A stretch of DNA of 50,477 nt, taken from a virus. Lineage: Duplodnaviria > Caudoviricetes. The notes beneath the pieces are model-generated. The model made no database searches and was not told the origin of the DNA. It worked only from the letters and a program-made list of their open reading frames with translations. Made by a program: the position numbers and the translations under genes. Positions 42,481-50,477 of this stretch are shown here, one piece after another (position 1 is the stretch's first letter; each line of letters begins with the position of its first letter). The DNA lies in the IMG/VR virus record IMGVR_UViG_3300037458_000621, positions 1 to 50,477 of that record; one strand, given 5' to 3'.

Positions 42481-45215
42481 AGCAAATAAGTCTCCGGGTC
42501 GTTGTATATGAACGGAGAAGTTCCGCGGCGTTCATAGATCATCGCTGTCTTTCCGTCCGTCAGCGGGCTTGTCTCGCCGAGTTCACGCCATTCATCGAGC
42601 ACAGGCTGTAGCGGGATAGCTCCGAATTTATTGCCGATGTAGGAAAAAACGGCGTGCCTCCACGTGCCGGCTACTGGGTTCTCGTTTATGCGAATGATGG
42701 CGCTCACAATATACCCTTTTGTGCGTGGGTCTACATACATCACACATTGGATCGGCTCGATCGCACCTTTTGGAGAGACCGTGCCGGCTGCCGGTGAAGG
42801 GGCCGGCATGCCGATAGAAGTTTCAAGAATAGGCGGATAAGACAGCGTAATTGGATTCGGAGAAAATTCATAGATAATATCCCCCTCCGATTTTCTCCCG
42901 TACACGCTTTCAGGAAATGCCGTAGCAAATTCTGCGGGCGTGCCGACTACGGTAAACGGTACTCCGCTGTATGAATAATTTATTTGTTGGTAATCATTGG
43001 CCGGGTAGCTGCCTCCTGGTACTGCCATTGCTGGATACTTACCAAGGTAATACGCCGGATAGGTGTATCCGTACACTATGCGGGTGTACGGATCTGTCGC
43101 GTTTATGTAATCTGTTCCGTATATTTTGCTTTGTGGGGGTACCATTGTGCGGTGGCCGACTACGTTCGGCGTTACCCCACTAGTCGCAGGTACGCCAATA
43201 TACTCTTGGGCCCAAGCCGGTCTGGATGACGGCAGCAGCGCAAAAACGTCAGCGACCGTTATTTTCGCGTCGTTAGTAGGGTCGATTATTCTTATCACCG
43301 CGGTTTCTGGATCTTTATCTATGCTAGTCCAGTCCAGAACTGATCCGCCGGCTGCAGGGAACGACGGTATGAACACCATGTTTTTCATATCATCGTGATA
43401 CAAGTTCGTCGACAGTGACGTACTCAAGCAGCGCGCCGTTACACTGAACTCAAACCTGACTGCCATCGTCGCTGTTATTGTGTCCGTTGCCCAGTATGAA
43501 AATCTGGATGTTGGATCTGGAACGAATTCAAATACCGGATCGAACACTGTCGGCGTGATGGTTTCTGAAAAATCTGGAATGAACGGCTCATTCCAAACAT
43601 CGACTAATTTGTTACGGTAGTCTGTAGAACTGCTGTACGCATGAGAAATTGTTTGTCCTGTATAACCGTTTGCCCAGGTGTACGTAGCAGAGAATCCTTG
43701 CTCGTATAACGCCTCGTACTGGACATTTTGTTTGGAGTAATCCCCAACTCCTACGTTAACCAACAATGTTTCATAGCTGTATTGCGCTTTCCACCCAACG
43801 CCGGGTGTATTCGTGACCTCTGATGAGAACGCCCATGAAGCGCTTGATGGCGGATGCGTGGGGAAGTAGCCGCCGAGGAACATGTCCGTCCGTTTTGCCG
43901 GGGTACCCCCGACAAATGTACCGCCTTGAGTAGAACTCGTCTGCCCCGGGATAATATGAGTCCACCAATCGCCGTACTCTGGTTCGGTATTCGTGTAATC
44001 GGGAGGAGGGTTTGAGTACTTCGCCCCCGATACGAATGTCTTTGTTTCGATTATCGAAGAAGAAGGGGTCGATACGGTTCTGTACACAGTGGATATATCC
44101 GACGTGGCCGGTACATACCCATTCCCCATCAGTGTCAAGCTTCCAGACAGCACCGGCCGTTGTCCTGGTTGCGGTGTGATGTGCACTGTGAAGCCGCTGG
44201 TGACGCCAGCGCCATTTGACCCGCTGCAGACAATCGAGACAGCGCCGTTCGGCGCTATGGATTCGGTAAAAGCATTACCAAAAACATTAGTTTGGACGAT
44301 CGAAGTCTGAGGCAGCGACTCACTAGCAAGAAGCCGCCATGTCGCTGGTTCGTTATACGTATCTATGCCGTACAAACCAAATGTGGATGTCGGAAATGCA
44401 CTGGTCAGGACGACAAAGAACACAAAGCCCTGTACTGCCCAAAGATTAGCGAAGTTTTGATATTTAAGGCCATATGAGCGCAGTTTCATATAGCTCATTA
44501 TTGCCGCACTGTTCCCACCGATTTGAAGCATCGGCGCTACTGGAATTTTTTCCGCCAAACGGTTACCAAAGTAAAACACCCCCGTCGTCAGATCACACGA
44601 TAAGAGGTAAGTATCCGGCGTATCCCGGCACTCTACGAAACGACCCGCATTTTTTGCGGCAGCTCGCCAGATCTTAACTGTGCCGTCTTTAATCGGGGTA
44701 CTACCTAGCGGTCTATCTTCTGCGATATCCACAACAAGCCAGGACGTTTCAAATCCCCCCGGTGTGCCGGGTAGGGCAGGGCGGCCGGGCTTTGTTGTCG
44801 TCGAGCCGGAAGTTTTGATTTCTTCGTATGGCAATAACGCCGCGAGTGCAGCAGTTTGTTGAGTGGTCGTGCAAACGTCTGTTAGAAACGGAGATTCATC
44901 CGGCAAATACTTTGGCCGTAGCCAGATCCCTTTGCGAAAAACGTCTACGCCGTAATCTTCTGGTTCCAGATGAATCTCAACGCGTGTAATGCCATATGCA
45001 TGAAACAACTTTACTCGACCGCCGCCATGAAATTCGAAGGTTCTTTGATGCGTAGGAGCTATGCTCGTCCGCACGTTGCGCAAGAAAGCAAACAGCGCAG
45101 CAGTAGCCGGGCCGCGAATCCTGGTGTAGTCGCCGCCGCCGAAAAAACGTACTTGCAGCGGAATCTTGCCGCCAAGCGGGGCGCCGTCAGCGTCGAGAAA
45201 ATAAGAGTCGTTCAT
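42477..45215 (-). CDS. putative tail/receptor-binding protein (912 aa)
   Basis: Long beta-rich T/S/Y/P-rich ORF in the structural arm; lower GC than neighbours. Confidence 0.6.
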   Translation of the reverse strand: MNDSYFLDADGAPLGGKIPLQVRFFGGGDYTRIRGPATAALFAFLRNVRTSIAPTHQRTFEFHGGGRVKLFHAYGITRVEIHLEPEDYGVDVFRKGIWLRPKYLPDESPFLTDVCTTTQQTAALAALLPYEEIKTSGSTTTKPGRPALPGTPGGFETSWLVVDIAEDRPLGSTPIKDGTVKIWRAAAKNAGRFVECRDTPDTYLLSCDLTTGVFYFGNRLAEKIPVAPMLQIGGNSAAIMSYMKLRSYGLKYQNFANLWAVQGFVFFVVLTSAFPTSTFGLYGIDTYNEPATWRLLASESLPQTSIVQTNVFGNAFTESIAPNGAVSIVCSGSNGAGVTSGFTVHITPQPGQRPVLSGSLTLMGNGYVPATSDISTVYRTVSTPSSSIIETKTFVSGAKYSNPPPDYTNTEPEYGDWWTHIIPGQTSSTQGGTFVGGTPAKRTDMFLGGYFPTHPPSSASWAFSSEVTNTPGVGWKAQYSYETLLVNVGVGDYSKQNVQYEALYEQGFSATYTWANGYTGQTISHAYSSSTDYRNKLVDVWNEPFIPDFSETITPTVFDPVFEFVPDPTSRFSYWATDTITATMAVRFEFSVTARCLSTSLSTNLYHDDMKNMVFIPSFPAAGGSVLDWTSIDKDPETAVIRIIDPTNDAKITVADVFALLPSSRPAWAQEYIGVPATSGVTPNVVGHRTMVPPQSKIYGTDYINATDPYTRIVYGYTYPAYYLGKYPAMAVPGGSYPANDYQQINYSYSGVPFTVVGTPAEFATAFPESVYGRKSEGDIIYEFSPNPITLSYPPILETSIGMPAPSPAAGTVSPKGAIEPIQCVMYVDPRTKGYIVSAIIRINENPVAGTWRHAVFSYIGNKFGAIPLQPVLDEWRELGETSPLTDGKTAMIYERRGTSPFIYNDPETYLL

Positions 45216-46408
45216 GCAGCGGTCGGAGCACCGAAGGATGTGCTGGAAGATCCTGACGCTTCAAGTACCCTGTGATACCAAGCTGCGAGGTAGAGCAGAT
45301 GCCCATTACACCGCCTTGTCGTGGCGTAAACTTCCTCTACGTCGCGCTTATACACCTGGGATGTGAGAGGCGTCACCGCACCGTTAGCGAGCATGCAAAT
45401 AGTGCCGCCGACAATGCACAGCCCAATGCGAAGTAAGCCTTTCGGCCGGACATCGTCTTGCACTTCCGAAGCGGCGACATCCACTAACGAGCCGAGAGTG
45501 ACCGGATCAGGCAGAAGTAACCGGCTCACGAGGGCGCCAAACGTGTCCCCTGCCAGGAAGTACAGCCCTTGCGTCGTACCTACGAAAATGCCACCGTCAG
45601 TGCCGTAGACCAACGTAATTGTGGCCGGCATCTGCACAAAATCCCTCGTCACGTCGCACAATTCAGGCTGCAGCGGCTTCGTCGCCCAGAGGACAGAGCC
45701 ATCTGCAAGCAAGACGCGTGAGCGCCACAAGACGAGCTGCGTACCGACAGGAGGAGCTTCGAGCCCGGATCCGATGTACTGCGGCCCGACTTGATCAGAA
45801 CCCCACAAGAAAGTATCTGTGGCCGTCGAACCGGCGTAAAACGCCTCCCCGCCGTCTGGGGCGAAGTAGACATTGATGGTGTGCCCGGCCAGTTCTGGCA
45901 GCCCGATAATCGCTGCTGACGGGTCAATCAATTCCGTGCCGTAGGTCGGTGGGCCCTCAAGCCCATCACTCGACCGGACGTAAGCGATGTGGTAACGGAC
46001 ATTGCCCGATACACCGAACCCGGCGTCTACTGGGCGCTGAATGCCCCACGACATAGCTACGTCGTCTGGCGAGACCAGCCCTTGAATAAGCCCGTTCGAA
46101 AATGCTAAGCGCCCATCGGCGAGTTCGACGTACCAAACGCGGGTGTATCCAAGAGACGGATAAAGGGTGCGCTGAACAACACCGTCCTCAGACATCAGCA
46201 CCAAGTCAGAGTCGAGTAGGACAACAAGCTGTCCGTTCCATCGGAACGGGGAAGTGGCTACGCCGGCAGCAATCAGGCTCCGTGCGGGCCGCATCATCAA
46301 TTTGTTGCCAGTTCCAATGAAGACATTGGTGGCTGCGATAAATTCGCCCGGTTTATGCGCCCTTACGTCAGCAACGTTGTTGATGCCCCGAAACGCGTCA
46401 GTTTTCAT
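45212..46408 (-). CDS. putative tail tubular/nozzle-like virion protein
   Basis: N-terminus FRGINNV...AATNV.I...G...R; beta-rich; position in tail block. Confidence 0.6.
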   Translation of the reverse strand: MKTDAFRGINNVADVRAHKPGEFIAATNVFIGTGNKLMMRPARSLIAAGVATSPFRWNGQLVVLLDSDLVLMSEDGVVQRTLYPSLGYTRVWYVELADGRLAFSNGLIQGLVSPDDVAMSWGIQRPVDAGFGVSGNVRYHIAYVRSSDGLEGPPTYGTELIDPSAAIIGLPELAGHTINVYFAPDGGEAFYAGSTATDTFLWGSDQVGPQYIGSGLEAPPVGTQLVLWRSRVLLADGSVLWATKPLQPELCDVTRDFVQMPATITLVYGTDGGIFVGTTQGLYFLAGDTFGALVSRLLLPDPVTLGSLVDVAASEVQDDVRPKGLLRIGLCIVGGTICMLANGAVTPLTSQVYKRDVEEVYATTRRCNGHLLYLAAWYHRVLEASGSSSTSFGAPTAA

Positions 46409-48372
46409 GGTGTCGGCAAGAACCGTTCAGTCCGGCCCAATCCCCAAGTTTGCCGGAAACGCGCGCCCCTGGTACTACGTTGCGCAAACCCGGCGCCAAT
46501 TGACGGCACTACTGTGGTTGAAAATCCTGTCGCCGTACCGATGAACCTAGCATGGGACACCGGTGTTGCGAAGGCCGTACTCGAAAATCCTGTCGGGTAT
46601 CCTGCTTTGCCGACTTGGGGCCGACCGAAAACGATATCGCTTTTCCATCCGATCGCGACCCCACCAGTGCTGGAAGCTGGAGATCCGAACGTCGTGGATG
46701 ACAGTCCTGTTGCGGCCTGCCTGAGCGTAAGACCGGGCAATCCGATGAGCGTAGAGCTGAACCCCGCTGCCGTACGGTTGTTCGCTGTTGCGGCAGTGTG
46801 TGCCCCGAATATAGTCGCTGATGCCAGCCCAGATACCTGCCCGGCCGGCCGGCCTGATGTTCCGCGAGATGAAAACGAAAGTCCGAAAGCCGCTGTCGGT
46901 GCGAGCGAGGACGCAGCGCGTGAAGTATTGCGTGTAAAGGTAGGAGTGCCGAGCGCTGTTGTAGATGCTATTCCGGCCGCATCGCCGTACGCAATAGCAT
47001 AAGACCCAGTGGGGCCAAAAACGGTCGAACTCGGGTTTGGGTACTGTGCGCCCAGTACCCCTACATCGTCGCTGAAGCTAACTGTCGACGCTATTCCGGT
47101 CACTTCTAGCGCCGGAAGATAGTACGGCGTGATGACGAGGTCGCCGGCCGTCTCTGTGATAGTGGCCGCCGTTACTGTGGGCGCAGTAAATGACCTGGGC
47201 GTGAACGCGACACTACTGATCGTCGGAGAATGCGAAACTATTTCACAGGTCTGCGTGGCTCTTGTGTAGGGGCCGTATGTCCCGTCGTCCGACGCACCGG
47301 CATCATCGGTCTTGATGACCGCTGTGAACGTAGGAACGGGAGATCCACCATCGGGGGCGACATACCACGCCGTATCGCCGGCTTTGTCTGCAATCCTGGG
47401 CGAAGTGGTGTCAGACAACAAAAAGAACCGGTGTTTGCGAGCTGTAGCGACACCGATAGCTCCGTCGGACGGAACATAGTAGTGGTGCGAAGTACCGCCG
47501 TCCCCAGAAAGGAACCCAGGGATCAACAAACCGGAAGTAACCGCAATTGCTCGGCCATCCCACTGGAATCCGCCCCCTGCTGTGCGAATAAGCCTAGACC
47601 AGACTTGCGCACCAGAAGCGTCTAGTTTGGTGATCGGAAGGCTGTTCGGTGAGCCAAAGGTTCTCCCGACAACGTAGATGTTGTCAGCGGCGTCTACTGC
47701 CACTGTGCTTTCTGCGTTTGTATTGCCTGTCCATGACAATTCTGTAGTCCACACGACAGAACCATCTGCAGAACTACGCCTTTGAATCCAGCTCCGGCTG
47801 TTAGTAGGGTCCCTAGCGTTCATAAACACCAGATCACCGCCTGACAACTGTCCCATCGGCCCTGGCCCGGACTGATTGCCTAGAGTCCCTCTAGTCTCAA
47901 CAGACCACAGCACTGATCCGTCACTTGCCGATAGCTTTGTTAAAGCGTAATTATTAAACGAGATGGTGTCGGCCCCACCAAGGTACACGTTGGCCGCACT
48001 GTCCATCCAGCGCGCACGCCCGCCGAACGAGCTATAAGCAATTACGTGCGATAGCGTTTTTTGCCACTGTTGTACACCGCTTGCGTTGTACAGCGCAACG
48101 CCTGTCCTGCCGTCCGTATAGCTGAGGAGGATCGCAACACTATCCCCGTTGCTTACGAACCCCCTAGATGCGGCGGAATCTCCGCCACTAAGGGCGAGCT
48201 TCTTATTCCACAGTACACCCCCGTTAGCGTCGGCTCGCGCAAGCAGAGCATTCCCGGTGGTCGGGGATGGGTTGCCGCCGATGTAGAACCCGTTGGCAGG
48301 GGCTGAGGCAATCCAGTAGTTCTGCCATGCGGCGCTTGCTGTCCTGGATGCTTTGAGGACTTTTGTGACCAC
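46405..48372 (-). CDS. putative fibre/adhesin with beta-propeller and C-terminal repeats
   Basis: Blade-like repeats (GVLWNKK, VQQWQKT, SVLWSVE, SVVWTTE, AQVWSRL); C-terminal ~19-aa G.sST.FG.P repeats. Confidence 0.65.
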   Translation of the reverse strand: MVTKVLKASRTASAAWQNYWIASAPANGFYIGGNPSPTTGNALLARADANGGVLWNKKLALSGGDSAASRGFVSNGDSVAILLSYTDGRTGVALYNASGVQQWQKTLSHVIAYSSFGGRARWMDSAANVYLGGADTISFNNYALTKLSASDGSVLWSVETRGTLGNQSGPGPMGQLSGGDLVFMNARDPTNSRSWIQRRSSADGSVVWTTELSWTGNTNAESTVAVDAADNIYVVGRTFGSPNSLPITKLDASGAQVWSRLIRTAGGGFQWDGRAIAVTSGLLIPGFLSGDGGTSHHYYVPSDGAIGVATARKHRFFLLSDTTSPRIADKAGDTAWYVAPDGGSPVPTFTAVIKTDDAGASDDGTYGPYTRATQTCEIVSHSPTISSVAFTPRSFTAPTVTAATITETAGDLVITPYYLPALEVTGIASTVSFSDDVGVLGAQYPNPSSTVFGPTGSYAIAYGDAAGIASTTALGTPTFTRNTSRAASSLAPTAAFGLSFSSRGTSGRPAGQVSGLASATIFGAHTAATANNRTAAGFSSTLIGLPGLTLRQAATGLSSTTFGSPASSTGGVAIGWKSDIVFGRPQVGKAGYPTGFSSTAFATPVSHARFIGTATGFSTTVVPSIGAGFAQRSTRGARFRQTWGLGRTERFLPTP

Positions 48373-48392
48373 CGTGAACCTCTAAACGAAGA

Positions 48393-48797
48393 TTACAGCG
48401 CGAAGATCTTGTTCGCCCCGCTATCCCAGATGATTGTGATGTCGCCGCCGTTCGTCGCCAGCGGGAATCCGACGATAGTGTCGATATATGCCAGCAGTGC
48501 GCTCGTACTCGCGAGCCCAGTGTCCTTGTAGATCACGACGGCCTTAGCCGTCGAACCAGCGGTGACCGCGGTGTACGTGATATCCGCGGCGTCAAACACA
48601 CCGAGCGTGATCGTCTTGGTGCCCAGCGTTTGTGCCGTGTTCAGCACGTTGGCACTGATGTCTGACAAGAACTCGTTCGTGCTCAAATTCGGGGTGTATG
48701 CCGAACTCATGAGCGCGGCTTTGATCGTGTCCGAAGAGAGATTGATAGCCGCGGTCAGCAGCTTTTCCTTGCCTTTACCGTAGAGGGCGTTTGCCAT
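48393..48797 (-). CDS. virion structural protein (fibre-associated)
   Basis: SD GGAG; D.IKAAL...Y.P...F..D...FDAAD...TNGGDITI.W...IF.L pattern. Confidence 0.7.
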   Translation of the reverse strand: MANALYGKGKEKLLTAAINLSSDTIKAALMSSAYTPNLSTNEFLSDISANVLNTAQTLGTKTITLGVFDAADITYTAVTAGSTAKAVVIYKDTGLASTSALLAYIDTIVGFPLATNGGDITIIWDSGANKIFAL

Positions 48798-48925
48798 GAT
48801 GTTCTCCAGAAGTTAACGAGAGGTGCGCCGCCCGTATGAGGTCAATACTGCGGCGCTGAAGGGGGTTGGGTCCGAGAGGAGGACTCGTACAGCAGCGACA
48901 CCCCCTCCTGGTCTATGCTGCGTGT

Positions 48926-49225
48926 TCAGATTTCCTTCACAAGAACGGTGAAGTCTACTTCCTTGACAAGCCCTGCGGTCGTCGTGAGCTTGACGGTGAT
49001 CTTGTATTTCGTGCCGGCGGTTCCGCCTTCCATGACGACCTTCACAACGAGGCCGTTCCGAGCACTAACGATACTGCAGCCGGGGTCCGCCACCGCTGTG
49101 AACGACGCCGGGGAGTCAGTGCGGTTGCTGAACCAATCCGTGAAGTCAACGTCATAGTCGAGTATTTCCGCGGGCTGTTTTTGAAACTTCCCGAGGATTG
49201 CGACAGGTGAGCCGATAGTAGTCAT
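48926..49225 (-). CDS. putative fibre-tail adaptor protein
   Basis: KQPAEILDYDVDFTDW...GGTAG..Y.ITV..TT..G..KEVDF...VKE. Confidence 0.7.
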   Translation of the reverse strand: MTTIGSPVAILGKFQKQPAEILDYDVDFTDWFSNRTDSPASFTAVADPGCSIVSARNGLVVKVVMEGGTAGTKYKITVKLTTTAGLVKEVDFTVLVKEI

Positions 49226-49235
49226 GTGTTACCTT

Positions 49236-50477
49236 CTAGACCGTATTATCTTCCGCTGCGACCACTACGAGGTTATCGTCAGGCACGACGAGCATGTAGC
49301 GCAGGTTGAGGGGCACTATGACTCGATTCTGTGAGGGCCCAGTGTTGAGATTGAACGCCTTGGCAATAGCTTCGCCGCCCGCAGTGCCCATCGCTGAGCC
49401 GACAGCCGCAATCGCGTTCGCGCTCACAGCTTCTGCTGTAGCGACGCCGCTGGCAAGACCTGCCGCCGCTGCCGTTCCGCTGGGGACTGCCGAACCCGTC
49501 GCTTCGCCGGCTGCTGAACCGATAGCCGCCGCCAGAGCTGCGCTAACCGCCGCTGCCGTTGCTGCGGCATCCGCCGCACCCGTAGCGATCCTGTACGTAA
49601 TGGAGGTCGCTGCAGCGGTCGAAGTGCCTGCTGAAGCGCCCACGCTGGTCTGCACGGCTGCGCCTGTAGCAGCAGCTGCGGCGCTACCACTGGCCGCGGC
49701 CGTTGAGGCAGCAGTAGAGCGCCCGGTCGCAGTGGCCGCGGCGAGACCGGTGCTGGATCCTGTGCCGGCCGCAGCGGCTGCGCCTATAGCCTGAGCAGCG
49801 GCTGCGCCGGTAGCCGCGCCGATTGCTGTGTAAAGCGTGACACTAGTGGCTTGAGCAGTAGCTGCGCCGGTCGCTGAACCGACACCGGTGACAACGGCGA
49901 CGCTGTCAGAGGCCCCCGATACAGTGGCTGTGCCGGCCGCAGAGCCTACGCCCGCAGCAGTGGCCATGCCTGTGGCCTGAATTGTGGCTGTGCCTGTTGC
50001 AGAACCAGCGGTGGCCGTAGTAGAGCGCCCTGCGGCCTGAGCAGTGGCTGCGCCGGTCGCTTCTGCAACTGCAGTTGTGAGCCCGCTCGATGCCCCTGAT
50101 ACAACGGCCGTGCCAACTGCAGAGCCTGTGCTCGCTGCGGTGGCTGCGCTCGTGGCTTGAACTGTGGACGCACCCGTTGCGGAGGCAGAGGCGGCTGTAA
50201 GCCCGCCCGACGCCCCTGACACGGCTGCTGCGCCCGTCGATGACCCAATGCTGGCTGTCGTGGATGCGCCTGTGGCCTGAGCGGTGGCTGCACCTGCCGC
50301 AGAGGCGACGGCCGCCGTAAGGCCGTCCGAAGCTCCGGACACAACCGCCGTGCCGGCTGAGGCGGCGACCGCAGCAGAGGTGGCTGCACTTGTGGCCTGA
50401 GCCGTGGAGCTGCCGGCTGAGGCGGCGACCGCAGCAGAGGTGGCTGCACTTGTGGCCTGAGCCGTGGAGCTGCCGGC
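49236..50477 (-). CDS. Ala/Thr/Gly/Ser-repeat fibre protein (5'-truncated by window)
   Basis: Frame is open from the window edge (414 codons) to TAG at 49236-49238; ~20-aa repeats. Confidence 0.75.
   Translation of the reverse strand, partial: AGSSTAQATSAATSAAVAASAGSSTAQATSAATSAAVAASAGTAVVSGASDGLTAAVASAAGAATAQATGASTTASIGSSTGAAAVSGASGGLTAASASATGASTVQATSAATAASTGSAVGTAVVSGASSGLTTAVAEATGAATAQAAGRSTTATAGSATGTATIQATGMATAAGVGSAAGTATVSGASDSVAVVTGVGSATGAATAQATSVTLYTAIGAATGAAAAQAIGAAAAAGTGSSTGLAAATATGRSTAASTAAASGSAAAAATGAAVQTSVGASAGTSTAAATSITYRIATGAADAAATAAAVSAALAAAIGSAAGEATGSAVPSGTAAAAGLASGVATAEAVSANAIAAVGSAMGTAGGEAIAKAFNLNTGPSQNRVIVPLNLRYMLVVPDDNLVVVAAEDNTV
50351..50477. repeat. perfect 60-bp tandem repeat (coding)
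   Basis: 50351-50410 is identical to 50411-50470 and continues to the window edge. Confidence 0.95.

Noticed and set aside
42477-48372. Diversity-generating retroelement acting on tail genes
   Set aside because: No reverse transcriptase and no TR/VR repeat pair noticed in the window
48865-48895. Hammerhead-like CTG-T-ACGA-GTCC...GGAC on the - strand
   Set aside because: The core has an extra base, and CCAA replaces the required GAAA
1-50477. Genome-wide TAG reassignment (genetic code 15)
   Set aside because: Long ORFs are uninterrupted in code 11, only one clear internal TAG exists, TAG at 49236 behaves as a normal stop before an SD, and no suppressor tRNA was seen

Overview
This window is part of a dsDNA tailed-phage genome with two convergent arms. 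The gene order and large ejection-type proteins suggest a podovirus-like phage of a GC-rich proteobacterium (inference). The + strand (1-29.9 kb) carries small early/accessory ORFs, a primase-SF3 helicase, an RNA ligase and an AAA+/HExxH-VWA cluster. It continues with a Cas4-like nuclease, SNF2 helicase, family A DNA polymerase, putative SSB, AT-hook protein, DEDD exonuclease, dATP/dGTP diphosphohydrolase, resolvase-like nuclease and ATP-dependent DNA ligase. The - strand (30.2-50.5 kb) carries a 2724-aa polyvalent internal virion protein, ejection/tail proteins and fibre genes; the last gene runs off the window edge. I recognised no tRNA, rRNA, CRISPR array, integrase, capsid, terminase or lysis gene. 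The most notable signal is a ~380-nt non-coding locus (6144-6526) with three compact H-type pseudoknot repeats whose differences preserve pairing, two GAAA-loop hairpins and a textbook kink-turn hairpin. A duplicated AT/GATC-rich origin-like element brackets the whole replication arm (3160-3332 and 30022-30203). The DNA ligase has an in-frame amber codon upstream of its essential motif VI. A 49-bp hairpin leader is duplicated before two early genes, and four replication-cluster proteins share a C-terminal [RKQ][IV]AxEL motif. All family assignments come from motif recognition by eye, with no database search.
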